Positions 28,501 through 40,300 of a stretch of 64,000 nucleotides of DNA are shown piece after piece. Under the pieces are notes generated by a model that made no database searches, had not been told where the DNA came from, and saw nothing but the letters and a program-made list of their open reading frames with translations. Source of the stretch: Lepidodermella squamata. Its lineage: Eukaryota; Animalia; Gastrotricha. The stretch is taken from positions 558,001 through 622,000 of the forward strand of contig JBLDXI010000007.1 in the NCBI GenBank assembly GCA_047495785.1, written 5' to 3'. Numbering within the stretch: the stretch's first letter is position 1; every line of letters begins with the position of its first letter. Position numbers and translations under genes: made by a program.

Positions 28501-31101
28501 GCTGGGTCAAGTTGCAGACGCAGTTGAAATACTATTCAATAACCAAACAGTTGCTCAGCCGATGCAGGAGCGATATCACCCAGCCTTCTGCAGTAAAATG
28601 CGTTCATTGACCTTAAAACGCATGACAAAATATTAACGAAAAATAGTTACGGCTTCATTGCCGATATTTAACAGAAAGTAGAAGTCGCATCCCATATCGC
28701 CAGCTGAAATATCAATCAGGCTTGCTATATAAGTAAGTGGCACAAAATGAAAACTACTGACATATCCGGCGATTTCGCATATTTATTTTAGAAAATGAAA
28801 AAGTAGCCCGGAATCGCTACCGATGTGCGAAATATTGCGCGTATATTCGTGAGAGATAGCTAAGGCAAATATGTACTTCGCTGTCTTTTTATATGTTAGC
28901 GCCTGTGACGATAGGTAGGTATATAATTTTCGCATTGGTTTCGTGTTACTACTCGGCTCTCCTGCGCTCGAGTTGCATGTCAGTCGATTTTCGAGCAAGG
29001 CACGAAAACGCAAATATATATTGCGCTTCAGCTATAAGCGCAGAAGTAATATTTCAAATTTCCGTATGGCAAGTTGGTCGTAAACATTGTCTCTAAAAAA
29101 AGAGCAAAACTGCCGAGCGTGAAGTAATCTTCCAGATGTGACTCTACCATAATACGAGAAAACGAGTTCCGGTAATATTTGCTGCAATTAAAAATAAAAA
29201 TTGGTACCTAAGTTTTGCTGTCCGAAGCTCGTGCGACTTGTATTTGATGAAGTTGAAGTTTGCAACAAGCGCAAAATGTATGCATAAAAAGTGTTTAATT
29301 GATGTTATTTTTCGATTTGCGCATCGATCCTCACTCCTTATGCGGTCATCTGTTTCTTGCGTATATATGACTTGCGCCGAGAAAAGTGACGAAAAAAAGC
29401 TCTAAAAATCTGATGTGCTATATAGTGTAGGCTGCCGTATTTTGCCCCTCCTCTATTTTTCACGCATTTCAAATCTCCGATAAAATAGAATGAAAATATT
29501 AGTAGATAGTAGCGAGTCTAATGGTCGCCAATACTGGAGTAAGCTGGGTAGAGTCGGTAGAGCTGGAGTAAGCTTTAACGAATAAGCTTCGCAGTGTCGT
29601 GAATTGCCTGTGTTGACGATAGGAGTTTTTATATCCTTGTTTTCCTCGTTTGCCGACAATACCTTCTCTTTAAATCGATCCCAGATGGACAACACGAGCA
29701 ACACGAGTGTTCGAAAAGTGTTGTAACCGGGGAAGGGGCAGGAACCTGGGCTGCCTCTCTCAGGTGGCACTGCTGTCACCTTTGAGCCACCTTGGCCGAC
29801 AGACACTCTGTGTTCGCTAATGTGGCTTTGTAAGGGGACCAGGGGAAAGTAAGAGGGAAGTGGGTGGACTCGTTCCCATATGATTCTCTTCATGACTAAT
29901 TTGATTTTTTTTCCTTTTTTGCACGGGTGTCGTAAACGAGGATTAGTTAGTGAGGCAAAGTTATTTCGTAAAAATTATGCCGGTTTGAGAACATTTCACA
30001 GTAGGTAGGTTTCGAATATTTCCTGTTAATAAAGAGGATCCGCAAGCTTGGCTGCAAGCTAAGAATCACATAATTTGCTTTTTCGATGAATTCGTTATGC
30101 TCAATAATGCTATAAACACTAGTTCCGCTAAACATGATCATGGCTATTCGGTATCTTTGATCTTTGTGTTATCGTTTTAAGCGAATATGCATTCCCTTGA
30201 AAAAGACAAAGCTGATTGTTCCGGACTTAAACCCTCCAACGCCCACGCTGAATTCACTTATGAACTCAAGAAGCGTCTTGGTAAGAAGCGGTATAAGAAG
30301 CATTCTGTGCGTTGGGTAGAATCGGGACATTATCAGTTACAAACAGGGTGTTTAAATACCTCTTTGTTTTTGGAGACAAGTTATGTGTAAGGTACTTTCA
30401 TCGAGACCTTGTTCCAGATCCCAGATGTGTTTCATCAACTCAACGACTGAAAATAGCTCAGTGAATTAATATGTTCAATTAATATGTTGTTGTTATCATA
30501 GTTATCTTCATTCAAGCAGTTCATTTTGCAATTTTTCCTGAAACGAGAAAGTAACCTGACACTAGTCGCAAAGATAAATGGAGCTTGGAACTTGGAACCT
30601 GGCAACTTGACAAAAAATACTGATTTACCATGCGGCAATTAATCTTAATTAATTTTTATTTTTATTATCAAGCTTGCATATTCAACCCTAACGATTTTAT
30701 TATTTGTTAATACTTTTTAGTTTTATAAAACTTTTCTGCGAGAGAATATGACCTTCAATCGGTGTGCATAAAGGAAAAACTGCTCGGATCGCGGTATTTT
30801 TTGGCCCAAGTTACGATAAAGGTAGTTGAGGATACATAGTTCTCAGGACCCAGTACCGACGCAGCATAATTTTTTCAATGTTTGCAGATCTTAATTTGTC
30901 ACCCTCAATTCGTCGATCATTGACCACTAATAGTCAATAGTTTCGCAATTCGCCACACACACACTTTTTCACCTCGAGTAAAACTGCGTGGAGACTTGAG
31001 CTCGTTATTAGTTATTCTGTAATTCTAGCGATTGACAGTCAACTTTCGTTTATAGATATTCGATATTATTCATAGGAGTAACCGACTGCCTCTAGCCACA
31101 A

Positions 31102-31509
31102 ATGGATCGCATTGTTGAAGAGCTACATTCCATGTCAGAAGATTTAGAACTGGAACCAGCGTCCTTTGCTGCCACTGCTCCTCGATTTGATAATCCTGCT
31201 GAAAAATTCGCTGCTGTCTTCTCTGAATGCTTTCTGCCGAATGCTTCTGCCACCCGAGTCTCTAAATTCGAAGTTTCGCAGCTGATAAGCAATATTGCGG
31301 ACAATACAAATATTGCGCCTCTTGCGTTGCCCCGGTTTTGTAATTCTTGTGGATCTCAGGGTGCCTCAGATAACAAAGAGGTTGCCTCATCTCACCCAGA
31401 CGTATTGAACATGCTTAGGAATGTTCTTGATCGACTATCTAGCATCGATGCCCGCCTTGAGCGGGTAGAGAAAATTGTCAATGCAGATTTTTACAGTAAA
31501 GGGTGTTGA
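31102..31509 (+). CDS. Orphan 135-aa protein with C-terminal coiled coil
   Basis: Single-exon ORF with an upstream AG acceptor (ttattcatag) and a heptad pattern VLNMLRNVLDRLSSIDARLERVEKIV. No family recognised. Confidence 0.55.
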   Translation: MDRIVEELHSMSEDLELEPASFAATAPRFDNPAEKFAAVFSECFLPNASATRVSKFEVSQLISNIADNTNIAPLALPRFCNSCGSQGASDNKEVASSHPDVLNMLRNVLDRLSSIDARLERVEKIVNADFYSKGC

Positions 31510-31577
31510 GTACCGATTATTAATATTATTATTATTGTTATATAACTTGATGCTATTTTTAGAAGGCTTACTAAATC

Positions 31578-32172
31578 ATGGATATTGCTCCTGTGCTACG
31601 CCTTGCGCTTGTACCGTCTTCCTTTGACGCATTATGGTTCGACATGCGGAATCAGTTGGAAGATCCGGCTTACCTATCGAGACTTGAGGTTGAAGATCGT
31701 AAAATTCAAGGTAGATGGCGAGCTGGAACTGCAGCGACGTTAAAAGGAATTTACAACGTTTGTAGCATATACTTTCAAGTTTTATCTAATGTTCATCTGT
31801 GTTTTGTGACTTCAGCGCCGTAGAAACGTTGCCACTGCTGCCGGAGATGATTCCAGTAGTTCAAGTAGCTCAGCATCAGACGCTTACGGAGGTGCCAATG
31901 ATACTGAAACAGGCGATGTTAACGTCGGAGTTCCCACAGCCGAAGCAACCACAGCGAGTGTTGTCGACCCTTCTCTCGGCGCGGCTGTTGCCGAGGGAAC
32001 TGACAACGCCGATGTCGCTGATGATGCGGAGATCCCTACTGATACATGGATGGATGACGGTGGTGGCCTAGAGGCATTTGTGGCTGACGTGGTCTCATCT
32101 CAAATGGACATTGCCAGTGGTCATGCCAGCTCCGAGTCAAACAGTGACAATTCTGGAGGAATGCCTTCCTGA
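31578..32172 (+). CDS. GCR1_C-like DNA-binding domain protein with acidic tail (178 aa); exons 31578-31757, 31816-32172
   Basis: A phase-0 GT-AG intron joins ...SFDALWFDMRNQLEDPAYLSRLEVEDRKIQGRWRAGTAATLKGIYN|RRRNV... to a 119-codon Asp/Ser/Ala-rich exon. The LW..LE..WR..Y.RR pattern resembles GCR1_C. Confidence 0.55.
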
Positions 32173-32282
32173 TCTCTTGCCAAAGCACTTTTGCTTTCAC
32201 TTTCTATGATATCTTTTCACGACAAATGAATTTCAACTCGGTTATTTTATCGTTCAAATAGAAAGATTACTATCGTTTAGTG

Positions 32283-34138
32283 ATGGATGACGGCGAGGCT
32301 GTGCCATTGCCGCTGGTGCCCCGGCAAACCACAGCTTCTGACAGGCTGAAAATGTTCAATGTGTTGTTGCTGGGAACTACTTTCATGCTCGTCTTCACAG
32401 CTTTTCAGACCACCGGCATGGTTTCAGTACGTTTATTGTGACTTGAAGATTTTCTAAAGATCTCCTCTCGCATGATTAGAAAAATGTGATCGATAGCATC
32501 GTTAATCAGACCAATGGCACTTACGATGGAGATGCTTTCCTCAGTTCTTCGATCATTTACGCAGTTTTTGCAGTATCGAACTGGATCGCACCTAGTGTTG
32601 TTGCTGTTATCGGCTTGCGATTCTCTTTGTTTTGTGGAGCTGTGACTTATTGGTAAATAACTTGGCTTCGACTTTTGGCTTCCTTAACAGAATTATAATT
32701 TTCAGCCTCTACATTGCTCAATTTCTCTATCCAATTGGATGGGTACTTTACGTGTGCTCTGCTTTGCTGGGAGTGGGAGCTGCCATTCTATGGACAGCCC
32801 AAGGAAGTGCATTGACGATTAACTCTGCTAAGGAAACCATGGGTCGCAACAGCGGCATTTTCTGGGCCATGCTGCAGTCTTCATTATTAATCGGCAATCT
32901 AATCGAGTTCTTTCTTTTGAAAGACCAGAAGACTTTCTCCGTAGACACGCGTCTTCTACTTTTCGGAATTTTTTCCGGTTGCGCGGTGGTGGGAACTGTG
33001 GCAATGCTGATTCTGCGATACATTCCTGAACAAGAAACTGCTAGCCGAGATGGCGATCTTCTTGAGCCGATCAAGGCTTCGCATCTGACGCAAAGCATTG
33101 ACGCCCTGAGTGAGTTGAGGAAAAAATCAAAACGGTCTGGAAATCGTCGATTTTTTTTAGAACGTTCATTCAAGCTGTTTAAAACGCGACGCATGTTGCT
33201 GCTATCAGTAACATTTGCCTACACAGGCTTGGAGCTTACGTTTTTTGCTGGAATTTACCCATCGTGTGTGGGGCAAAACATGCATTTTACTGATCCAAAG
33301 TCGCTAATTGGTCTAACGGGAATGGCAATTGGCGCTGGAGAAATCATAGGCAAAGCTCATTTTCTAAAATATCTTGAAATTTTTGAGTGCTTAGCTTTCA
33401 GGTGGTTTGCTATTCAGCATCCTTGGAAAACAGACAATCAAATTTGGCCGTGACCCCATTGTCATATTGGGTTTCCTTTTGCAAATGGGCGGCGCCTATC
33501 TGGCTTTTTTGAACCTGCCCGATAGCTGCCCTAGCGAGGAAACTGACGGTCCAGTTGTTATGGTCTCAGAGCCTATTGCGCTCGTTACGGGGTTCATGCT
33601 GGGTTTGGGCGATGCATGTTTCAACACGCAGTTGTACTCGATTCTGGGTTTTCTATACTCTGGAGCCGAGGCTTCCCCGCCAGCGTTCGCCCTCTTCAAA
33701 TTCATGCAATCCTTCGCCGCCGCGATCGCATTTTTCTACGCCAAAATTATGTTGAAGTAAGTTGAGGCAATTGAAACTAGAATTTTGCAATTTTCATGAG
33801 TAAATCGCTTTCTCTAAAGGACCATTTTGACAGCAGTTGTAATAATGAACATAGCCGGAACCCTTGCGTTCCTAGCTGTTTCCCGCTCGATCCGGCATTA
33901 TCGTTATTGATTTGACTTAACACGTGTGATATTCAATTATTATAATCCACATAATGTAAAATGGATCTGAGAATTATTTATATGAAGGTTTTTTCTGGTT
34001 TTTTACTCTGCTTTATTTTGTTTTAGGTGGCAACTTTTAATTATGGTCATTTGGGGCGTGGCTGGTACTGTCACTTTCTTGATTGTCGAACTTTCTTTGA
34101 CCACGCCAGTCGAGGTTTCATACGCTCGGATTGACTGA
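32283..34138 (+). CDS. MFSD11: UNC-93-like MFS transporter (MFSD11), paralog a
   Basis: FMLVFTAFQT, SNWIAPSVV, GAAILWTAQG, RNSGIFWAMLQSSL, GLELTFF, GRDPIV, GLGDACFNTQ, AFALFKFMQS. The last exon (34027-34138) is WQLLIMVIWG...YARID. Confidence 0.92.
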
Positions 34139-34393
34139 GAACAAAGTTCATAAACACTACCAATTTTTATTGTAAGCTTTGTGATTCAACATGCTCGTTC
34201 GATTAATTTTTATAGTGCGCCAGATATTTGATTAATTTGCTATAAGCGAAATTTATCTGCAATATTGTGTTAACTCTAGTATTATTTTTAATCTATGATG
34301 CGTCCAAATTTACTAGTTAATGCGGCAAAAGAGTACACGCCATGCCTTTATCAATGCCAATTTGTTATCTCATAGATACAATTTAACCGAGAA

Positions 34394-35042
34394 ATGAAAA
34401 GTGTTGCCCTTATCTCCATCGCCGTCCTGGTCCTTTTTTCGGTCTTGTCGTCCGCGAAAAACGACAAGGCTGGCAAGAAGAAGAAAAGCATTGCTGATAT
34501 GACAGATGCGGAAATCGAGCAGTTGTACGAGCAGTGGGAGGAGGGCGACGAGCCGCTGGACGAGGACGAATTGCCAGCCTGGCAGAAAAAGCAGCAACCA
34601 CCTAACATCGATCTTTCAAAGCTCAATATGAACGACCCTGAAAGTGTTATTGCTGCGTCCAAAAAAGGAAAATCAATTATGATGTTTGTTGCTGTTTCAG
34701 GTGAGCTCTATTTCTGGACATTTTCAACCATTATCCTCTTATTTTCCAGGCAATCCTAATCCAAGGGAATTGGAAGATATAACCGGTTTATGGCAGCAAA
34801 GTCTGCATAATGCTCAAGAAGAAGTAACTCGCTACATTATTGACCAAAATCGAGCTATTTTCATGGTTCAAGATGGTGCTCGGGCTTGGCCTGTGAAAGA
34901 CTTCCTAATTAAACAGGATAAGTGCCTAAGCGTGACAATTGAAGGCCGGACTTACCATGGCAAGGCGAGTCCTGATTTCGGGAAAGAACCTGTTGCGGCA
35001 GGTACTGAAACCCCAGGCAAAAAACCGAATAGTGAATTGTGA
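34394..35042 (+). CDS. MESD: LRP chaperone MESD/Boca; intron 34701-34749
   Basis: Signal peptide, DMTDAEIEQLYEQWEE, SKKGKSIMMFVAVSGNP, ITGLWQQSL, RAIFMVQDG, VKDFLIKQ, C-terminal NSEL (ER-retention-like). Confidence 0.93.
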
Positions 35043-35399
35043 TGAAGCCAATCATTGCCTTAATTTATAAACATTATTGCCTCAATCGGTTGCTTTTACT
35101 GCTGATTCTATCAGGGAACTTTCCTTGTGATAATCTCAATTGATACATTTTTAAACCTTATTTTTTGTTTGTTTTAGGTGCTTAAATTTGATAGGCTTGG
35201 TTTGTGGCGGAAGTCCTTCGCGTAAAAACTATTGACTCGGGTAGCCTTGGTGGCATTGACCAAAACAGAGTATAAGACCTGTCGTATAAGGTAAAATCGT
35301 TTGTGTTGAATAATTGATTCGAGCTGGCAAACAATTGACAGCTTTGTTTGCCTGGAAAATAGTGATTTTTTGAAGTTCTTGACCATGGAGTGATAGAGC

Positions 35400-37153
35400 A
35401 TGAGTTGTCCTTCTGCACTACGGGCCTTATGGGCCAATGTTAAACTCTACAATGTTATCTTGATCGGAATCGCTTTCATGTTTATTTTCACGGCTTACAA
35501 CACCACTGCATTCTCATCTGTACGCAATTTTATTCAATTTTTTAACCGTTTCATTTTGACTTGTCTCTTCCCAGAAAAATGTTCTGACTGATATGACCAC
35601 GCAGACTAATGGAACTTTTCAAGGCGATGCGTATTTAAGGTTGCATATGATTTAACCATTGCAGCTATAAGCTCATTAATATTTTCTAGCAATTCGATTG
35701 TATACTTCATGTTGGCGTTGTCTAACTGGATTTCTCCTGTAATTTTGAGCTTCGCAGGGGTCAGGCTATCATTTTTCGCTGGAGCAATACCTTACAGGTT
35801 CATTTTAAGGCTAATTACACTTCGACTCGTCAGCACTTTTTCGTTCAAGTCTGTATGTCGCCTCTTTTATTTACCCTATGGAATGGTCGTTATACTTATC
35901 GTCCGTCCTCCTCGGCTTGGGTGCTGCCTTGCAGTGGACAACTCATGGCTCGTTTCTCACAGATTGTTCTGACGACCATACTATGAACAGAAATGCTGCT
36001 ATTTTCTGGCTGCTTTTTCAGTCTAGCGCGATTATCGGAAATTTGATTGAATTCGTTCTTCTCAAGGGCCAAACAAGTTTCGATGACGATACCAGAGTCG
36101 TTTTATTCACGATTCTCACTGTCATTTGTGCGGTTGGAGCTTTTTGTCCCTTACTTATTCGCGAAATTCCGAACATGGGCAAATTGCATAAAATTTCGAT
36201 TGTCGAATGCGGTCAAAATTGTTCCAAGGTCCTAGAAACTCTCAGTTGTGTTTTCATTAATCTTATTTGCCCGTCTTAATTTTTATTCCTTTCAGAGGGC
36301 AGCTGGAACCTTCTTCGAACGAAAAATATATTGGTTTTGACGCTTACATTCTTGTATTCGGGACTTTCGAATTCTTTCAGAAAGTTTGTCATAATTTAGA
36401 GGTATTCTTTGATCTTATCGGTAGTTTTCTAGCGGCATTTTTCCGGCTTGCGTTGGGCAAAACATGAATTTTGACGACCCTAAAGCTTTGATTGGCGTTG
36501 TTGGTATTACTATCGGCGTCGCTGAGGTCTTGGGCTCTATTCTTATGATGATTCTCGGAAAACGAGTCGCGAAATTTGGCCGCGATCCTCTCGTAGTCGC
36601 GTGTTTCATTCTTCACACAGTAGCGTATAACTTGGCCTACCTCAACTTGCCCGACGATTGCCCAGTTCGGGAAACTGATGGCTTTGTCGTAGTTTCTTCT
36701 CGGTATATGGCTGTTATTGCCGCGTTTTTACTCGGATTTGGCGATGCCTTACTCGCGAATGCTATTTTTTCGATAATTGGTCGGTTATATTCGGGCACTT
36801 CGCAATCATCCGCCGCCTTTGCCCTATTCTATTTTATGCAATCGCTCACGTCAGCTGCGTCTTTTTTCTACGCTGGCCTTGTTTTAAAGTATGTTTTCGC
36901 TTGGAGGCCTCGAGGTAGAATAATCCCTTATCTTTCCACCTTAAATAGATACCAGCTGTTGATTCTTTTCATTACAAATTCAGCCGCTATGATAGCCTTT
37001 GTAGGCATTGAATTCACAGTTTTATCCACTGCCAGGGCACCTGAGGTGCCACCCGCCTTGGAAAAAGTTCAGTATTCTACGGCTAATTCACAGGCATCTC
37101 TTGTTGTTGACAACAAATCGAAACCGTTAGATCACGAGGTTAAAGGCAAATGA
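35400..37153 (+). CDS. MFSD11: UNC-93-like MFS transporter (MFSD11), paralog b
   Basis: FMFIFTAYNT, SNWISP, GAALQWTTHG, RNAAIFW, GRDPLVV, GFGDALL, AFALFYFMQS. Several intron positions are shared with paralog a. Confidence 0.88.
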
Positions 37154-37327
37154 CACTCTTAAAAATCTTTCACCACTAATATTGATATTATTATTATGCT
37201 TTCGGATCAAAATTTTGATTTACATTTTGTTGTGATTTATTTTATTAACTATTGGGAATATACATTCATTTTCTTTCTTTCTATCTCTATAGCTTTTTAT
37301 TCAAAAATTGTGCTAAATTTTCAAGCA

Positions 37328-40300
37328 ATGCTGGAGGAGGAAGATGTCGGCACCCCAGCCGTCAAGCCTACTGCAGTCCTTCAGAATGGAGGTGAAAATC
37401 ATCAGAATGGCGCGCCAGAACCAGTTGACCTCGATGCTGTGCAGGTGAATGGAGAAAACGGCGAAAATCACCACGATGCAGAGGTAGATGTCGAGGAAAA
37501 CATCAATGATGAAGACATCGAAAATGGCGGAGCTGACGAGCGGCATCAACAACATCACGAGAATGGTGACAACAGCGAAAACCATAGCGACAACAGCGAT
37601 GAATCGTATGATTCATTGGAAAATGGCGATGAGCAGGCCGAACATCAGCAGCACGAGGAAGCTGGGTCTAGTGACGATTATCAATCTGGCTACGATCAAA
37701 CTTACTCTGATTGTAAGTTCATTTCCTTACTTGATTTTCTGAAAAAAAATCGCCCTTAAGAGGATTGAATAGCATTCGCGTAAATGTAGAATGAATGTAA
37801 ACTCACGGCATTAAAAGCCTGCAATTTTCTGCCCATGGCTGCTAGCCGAAAAAAATTACCCATAGGCTAAAATCGTGAAAATTCTGCCGTGTTATCGGGC
37901 TGGATTTTCGAGATTGCACTTGCAAAAGTTCGTACAATTCAAAAACAAAATTAACAATTGAGAAATTGAGAAAAAAATTAAGGAGGCTTTATTTTAATTT
38001 TTTCAGCTCAATCATCGTCTTTACTCTCTGTCGCTGGTAACGCCTTAGCTAAGCTTCAACAACAGCAGCAGCAACAGCAGCAGCAACAACAACAACAACA
38101 ACAAACAGTCACTGTTAGTTCGAACCAAAACAACCAGTCAGCCTTTTCCCCGGTTATACCAATGCTGCCCATTGACGCGAACGGCTACGATGGGCAGAAC
38201 GGTAGTTCAATCGACGGCTCGGTTCTGATCGGCCTGCCGGACGCATCTGATTTCCCGCTATCGAAGCTGCGTCTCTACTTGTCCGAGGTGACCAACGACC
38301 GGCAAGCAGCGGCGGCAGCGTTGTCGGACGCCGTTCAACTGGTCAGCACGGATGCGGACCTTGATCTCTTTCTCACGGCAATAGCGCGTCTGGCATCGGA
38401 CGACGAAGGCTCGGTGCGCGCTGAGGTGGCCCAGCGGCTCGTCAATCTCATCACGTATTGCCACAAGCAGCTCCCGGAAGGCCACGTTCTTCAAGGCGTT
38501 GCTCGTTCTCATCTTATTCCAATTCTTCTTCATTTGGTTCACGATACGCACGCTCAAATTAGGTAAAAAAAAGATTTTTTCATTATAAATTATAAAGAGG
38601 AAAACTTTTTTCATCCGGCCAATGTCTTATTTCTTCCGACAACCAAAAATGTGACTAAAACCAGCCGACTTGCTTTTTCATATTTTCAAAAAATTACAGT
38701 AAAAAAGTGACTACTCGAATTGCCATTAATCTTTCACCATAAAATTCTGCCGGTTCAGGGGCCAAAATAGGGTGCTTAAAAGGGGTATGCCCCTACGGAA
38801 AAATCGAACTTGGGAAAATCAAGAAAATCGATAGTTTCATGTCGGATGTCGGATGATTTTAGTCACAGTTTTCGTGGTCGGATGAAAAAAGTCACACCCA
38901 TTATAAATTGTCTGATATTATTGATTGCTACTGATTAATTTTGCACGTTACTAACAAATTCCCTTCCAAATTTTAGGGCGCGAAATTTTGAACTGTCCTA
39001 ATTAATTTGAATTTCAATGCGTTTTGAAATTTGCGTACTATTAAGTCAGCTTGCGTTCGTCAGTATAATTCTCAAAATGCTGAATTTTCAATTTTAAGTG
39101 AATTTTATAAAATGCCTCTTGTCTGGACGGCTGTGTTATTGAAGAACGATTCACCGTATGTATATCATATCTTATCGGGACTATTTTACGAATTCTTTTC
39201 ATTTATTCCTTGGGGAATCAAATAATTGAAGCTAGTTGAGGTTCATATAGATTCTACGCATCGATATTTCTTGAAAATTAACAACTGAAATGATTTTTTT
39301 TCAGGCGTACTGCTGAAGATGGTCTAGTCGTAGTTGTGGACGAATCGATATTGCAGCCACAAGAGATCCAGTCGCTTGTTTGCCCAATAATTTGTGATCT
39401 AGCCGAAGCGCCGGGCGACGACGAGCGCCTCGAGGCCGTCCTCCTCATCGGCCGCATTCTTTCAAGGCTTCTACGCAACCCAAACTCGATAGCAATCGTC
39501 CGCTTCCGCCTTCTACCCGTATTCCTACACCTGTGCTCCGATTCCGTTTGCCAAGTCCGCCGCGCATGTGCCCAGTCATTCGCCGACATTGTGCAAGCCC
39601 TTGGCTGCGACAGTGCCGAGTCACTCCTCGATCATTACCTAACGCTTTGTGCCGACTCTGTGTGGAACGTCCGCCGATCTGCTGCTGAAGGCTTTGTCAC
39701 CATCGGCCAGTCGGTTTGCGCGCATACCCGGCTTACCCGGTTGACCCCGGCGCTATGCGCCCTCCTCAACGACGCGCATCGATCGGTGATCGATGCCGCC
39801 TATCAAGTCTTAGGGCCTTTCATTCATACGTTCCAAGACCCGACCCGCACCGGGTTTATTCTCACTCAAGATGGTGGTATTGTGTATGACCCTGCGATTA
39901 TTTTGCACCCTACTCCGACCAGTGTCGGCCACTGCGGACGCGATAAGCGGACCACGCCGATCTGCTGCCAGGAACCTAGCAATAAACTCTCTAACCACAC
40001 CTGTGTTAACAATGCAGCTGAGCCTGATGCTTCTGATAACTTCAATTCCTTACTGTTTTGGCGCGTTCCTCTGCCCGGTCAAAGCAGCCCAGTCAATTCC
40101 TCAATAATAACTACAGATCCGGGTAGTGAAACCGTGAATGGTCATATTGATACCGTAGTTAGCGCTATGAATGGTCTGACCATCGGTACCAGCAATCAAG
40201 CGGGCGGCCACGGGGTTGATGACGCTGATTCCGGCCATCCTGCGTCCGATTCGCCGAGGTCTGACGCCAGTCCTCGTGCTTCATCCGAGCAAGAGCATGA

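Noticed and set aside
22734-29100. Short ORFs upstream of Tob
   Set aside because: Random composition, no recognisable domain.
30187-30390. 67-aa ORF with HSVR, as a possible tyrosine-recombinase (Crypton) remnant
   Set aside because: A lone HxxR without the other catalytic motifs is compatible with chance.
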